From the IMG/VR virus record IMGVR_UViG_3300043411_000942, positions 62,001 to 126,000 of that record: 64,000 nucleotides of DNA. The stretch is one strand, 5' to 3'. Made by a program: the position numbers and the translations under genes. Of this stretch, positions 61,452 to 64,000 are shown in pieces. The notes beneath the pieces are model-generated. The model was not told where the DNA came from, ran no database searches, and was given only the letters and a program-made list of their open reading frames with translations. Each line of letters begins with the position of its first letter. The stretch's first letter is position 1.

Positions 61452-61729
61452 GTATAGGTAAGCTCACTGATGCGCTACCTCTTGCGATCTGGTTACCTCG
61501 TAGTAGCTACGATGTTTACCGGGGGAGCCCATCGGAGATCATCCAAGAACTTACTGGGAACAAGTCTACTTCCATGCGGCAAGCCATCAAGAAGGTCACG
61601 AAAAGTCTTGAGGTGACTCGTCGAGTGAAGCTGGAACTTCCCTGGGGTGAGTCCGATGACGTCCTTGCTACTCTTTTGGTTCACGCTATGCTTCAGTTGA
61701 AAATCAGTCAACCCGTACCATCCGCCTAA
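61439..61729 (+). CDS. hypothetical protein
   Basis: coupled ORF. Confidence 0.55.
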   Translation: MSDLSIGKLTDALPLAIWLPRSSYDVYRGSPSEIIQELTGNKSTSMRQAIKKVTKSLEVTRRVKLELPWGESDDVLATLLVHAMLQLKISQPVPSA

Positions 61730-61737
61730 GAGGCTTC

Positions 61738-61923
61738 ATGAAACTAGTCAATGCGATTGCTCTCTCCGTTGTTTTTCTTGCCTTGGTAGGTTCCTGCGTC
61801 GCAGGCGTCTACCTCAAGGTCCAGGGTAAACTTACTTGGGCTCCCTTTGGGATCTGGATGCTAACCGCAGGGTGCCTGCTTGCCATGGTTGGTTACATGA
61901 TTCGAGGGTTGAACCAAAAGTGA
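61738..61923 (+). CDS. small 2-TM membrane protein
   Basis: two hydrophobic helices. Confidence 0.65.
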   Translation: MKLVNAIALSVVFLALVGSCVAGVYLKVQGKLTWAPFGIWMLTAGCLLAMVGYMIRGLNQK

Positions 61924-61927
61924 TTGT

Positions 61928-61966
61928 TCGGTTGCCTCTACCTCCTAACTTGGTAGAGGCAACCGA
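61928..61966. terminator. hairpin terminator between convergent genes
   Basis: TCGGTTGCCTCTACC/GGTAGAGGCAACCGA. Confidence 0.8.
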
Positions 61967-61972
61967 CAGAGC

Positions 61973-62749
61973 TTAGGTTCGGTTGACGGCAGCTTCGATG
62001 CTAGCTTTGAGTGCTGCAAGGAGGTCTGTCATAGGAGCCTGAGCCTTCACTGGGGTGTCGATAGCAAGACCTTCCTGCTTCTTGGCTACAGCCTCCTTCA
62101 CCCGTTTGGCGTAGTTGTCCTCGTACTTCTGAGGCTCGAAGGTCTTGGTAGCCAGAGCTTCCACGAGCATGCAAGCAACCTTCTCTTCTGCTTCCATCAC
62201 TTGAGCTTTGGCAGCAGGGACCTCCCCGAAGTCTCGCACTTCGTTGGCGTAGAACATTTGGTGCATCACCAGACCACCCTCGTAGGGGCGGACAAGCACC
62301 AAGTGCTCTCGCCCTCGGTTGGACCACTGAGCCACAGCGATCTTGCCTTGCTTCTTCATGACCTGACTAAGCAGGTAGTAAGACTTGTCACCACCCTTGT
62401 TGGGACCCAGGTAGTAGGACTTCTCGACCTGGAAGACGTTGAAGGCTTCTGCGGGGATAAACTCCTTTATCTCCATGCTGTTTGCGTTCTCGCTATCGAG
62501 AACAGACAGCTCTTCCTTGCTGAAGCGAACAAGGGTTCCGCCCTTCTCGACTTCGTAACCTCGCCCACATTCGGAGTACTCCACAGGGGCTCCCGTGATG
62601 GAGTCGGTATACTTCTGCTTCACCTTGTTGCCAGCAGGAGTGACCATGCACAGGCTTACGGTCTCTGCACTTGCAGAGAGGTAGATTTTGACCGGAACGG
62701 AAACCAGCCCGAAGGACAGGGTTGCACTAGCGATGGATCGAATGCTCAT
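61973..62749 (-). CDS. ku: Ku DNA end-binding protein
   Basis: ATLSFGLVSVPVKIY, RGYEVEKG, EKSYYLGP, KSYYLL, HLVLVRP, DLLAALKAS. Confidence 0.95.
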   Translation of the reverse strand: MSIRSIASATLSFGLVSVPVKIYLSASAETVSLCMVTPAGNKVKQKYTDSITGAPVEYSECGRGYEVEKGGTLVRFSKEELSVLDSENANSMEIKEFIPAEAFNVFQVEKSYYLGPNKGGDKSYYLLSQVMKKQGKIAVAQWSNRGREHLVLVRPYEGGLVMHQMFYANEVRDFGEVPAAKAQVMEAEEKVACMLVEALATKTFEPQKYEDNYAKRVKEAVAKKQEGLAIDTPVKAQAPMTDLLAALKASIEAAVNRT

Positions 62750-62756
62750 ATTATCT

Positions 62757-62785
62757 CTTACGGAAAGGTTTAGGTTCGACTTAAC
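62757..62785 (-). promoter_or_regulatory. class-1 promoter of ku
   Basis: GTTAAG-N17-CGTAAG-N7-ATG. Confidence 0.85.
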
Positions 62786-62806
62786 GTGAATCTGCGGAAC
62801 CCAGGG

Positions 62807-63082
62807 TCACAGGTCTTCACGGATACTTTTGCGATCCCAGTTGTACTTGACAGCAAGTACAACCGCCTCTTGTAGAAGCTCGGAGTTCTTGAGAGTGTTG
62901 TCCAACCCCAGAACCTGAGGTGGGCTAGAGACAAAGCAAAATGCCTCAATAGCCCTTTCGTAGGACTCCCATCGGTAACTCAGGCAGAGACAGTTGATGA
63001 TTTGAACAAGAAGCTTTCGACGCTCCTTGTTCCCACCCTCCGCGTTAACCCAGGCTACCCAAACGCCTTCCAAGTGACTCAT
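62807..63082 (-). CDS. hypothetical protein
   Basis: ATG behind promoter 63090-63118. Confidence 0.65.
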   Translation of the reverse strand: MSHLEGVWVAWVNAEGGNKERRKLLVQIINCLCLSYRWESYERAIEAFCFVSSPPQVLGLDNTLKNSELLQEAVVLAVKYNWDRKSIREDL

Positions 63083-63233
63083 AGAGTACTATACGGAAAG
63101 ACCTAGGTTCGCCTTAACCCTTACCGACCGTACTCATACACAAAAACAGGGATGTCCCGAAGCTGCTCCTGAATGATTGGTTCAATTACACTCCAATCTA
63201 TCCTCCAATCGAGTTATAGGTAAGTGATTGGCA

Positions 63234-63998
63234 TCAATCAGGACTTTCTGAGTTGAAGTAGCCTCGGAGGACGTTGAAAGAGGATCGAAGGTTGCGGTAA
63301 ACCTGAGCCCAGATTTCTTGGACCTTGTTAATATGCTCAAACTCACCATCCTCCCCATTACGATGAGCTACCTCATGGATAAGGGTAAGCAGGACTTCGT
63401 CTTGTTCGAAGCATCTGTGAGAGATGAGGACCTTACCGTTATTGTACTGACCCAGAAGGTCCGACCTGAATTCGACGATACTGACGTCCGAGAGAGTTAC
63501 AGGCTCAACTTCATTGACGACTTTAATTACGTCCAGGAGCTTAGCTTGCTCATCTGTGCTCAAATCTCCCCAAGAGAACGTACGAGTGACTTCCTTCTCC
63601 AGGGACTTCAGGATCTCTTCCTTGGTTCCAAAAGTCTGAGCCAGAACCGCCCCCAGAGGCTTGGAGACAACGATTCCCCGCTTACCCAAGTGTTCTACGC
63701 TCTTGCTTTCTTCCAAGTTGGAGACTGGGATCGCATTTGAACCATAGCGCTCCTGGAAGTTTCCTTGTACATCGTTTGCAATGGACTTGGAAACACCGTA
63801 GTTTGCCGTAACTTCGTCCAGCCCCTCAGTCTCCAAGGTTGGCAGGTCCAACATCTGGATAAACTTAGGGAAAAGGAGGGATGGCTCCTTATTTACCGAA
63901 CTCAGGAAGATGTTACGGCAGTGGTACTTCAGGTTCCACGATTCGACCATCCTACGGTCACGGTCAAGCTCCACATCCTTCAGGTCATACCCAAAGTT
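63234..63998 (-). CDS. C-terminal part of a protein with a zincin HEXXH motif (runs off the window)
   Basis: frame open to window end; LIHEVAH. Confidence 0.65.
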   Translation of the reverse strand, partial: NFGYDLKDVELDRDRRMVESWNLKYHCRNIFLSSVNKEPSLLFPKFIQMLDLPTLETEGLDEVTANYGVSKSIANDVQGNFQERYGSNAIPVSNLEESKSVEHLGKRGIVVSKPLGAVLAQTFGTKEEILKSLEKEVTRTFSWGDLSTDEQAKLLDVIKVVNEVEPVTLSDVSIVEFRSDLLGQYNNGKVLISHRCFEQDEVLLTLIHEVAHRNGEDGEFEHINKVQEIWAQVYRNLRSSFNVLRGYFNSESPD

Positions 63999-64000
63999 GG

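Noticed and set aside
1-64000. Stop-codon reassignment
   Set aside because: TAG, TGA and TAA all end well-recognised genes, and coding density is high under the standard code.

Overview
This 64 kb window looks like part of a large (jumbo/huge) lytic dsDNA phage genome. It holds about 130 tightly packed, mostly small genes in alternating strand blocks, read in the standard genetic code. I saw no integrase, polymerase or intact structural operon. Recognisable products include a nucleic-acid repair and translation-support kit: AlkB, RNA ligase, a CCA-type nucleotidyltransferase, a Pol-beta-like nucleotidyltransferase, a cyclic-phosphate receiver domain, CYTH, NUDIX, a metallophosphoesterase, ADP-ribosylglycohydrolase, peptide deformylase, two L7/L12-CTD proteins and tRNA-Lys(UUU). 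Others are dCTP deaminase, an AdoMet decarboxylase fusion, Ku, a papain-like peptidase, four HEXXH zincins, three HNH nucleases and two ECF-like sigma factors. Structure not explained by the ORF track: (1) 39 copies, counted by eye, of GTTAAR-N16/17-CGTARG, usually with ATG 9 nt after CGTA, plus a second GGTGTA-N9-ATG class, suggesting promoter-delimited leaderless gene cassettes; (2) three long structured non-coding RNA candidates (531-1112 +, 20815-21235 -, and a 233-nt tRNA-like RNA with an oversized insert at 26557-26789 -); (3) a short RV(A/V/L)xR(Y/F) terminal motif on unrelated proteins, including a sigma factor and the CCA enzyme; (4) frameshifted or remnant genes. All family assignments come from recognising motifs by eye; no searches were run.
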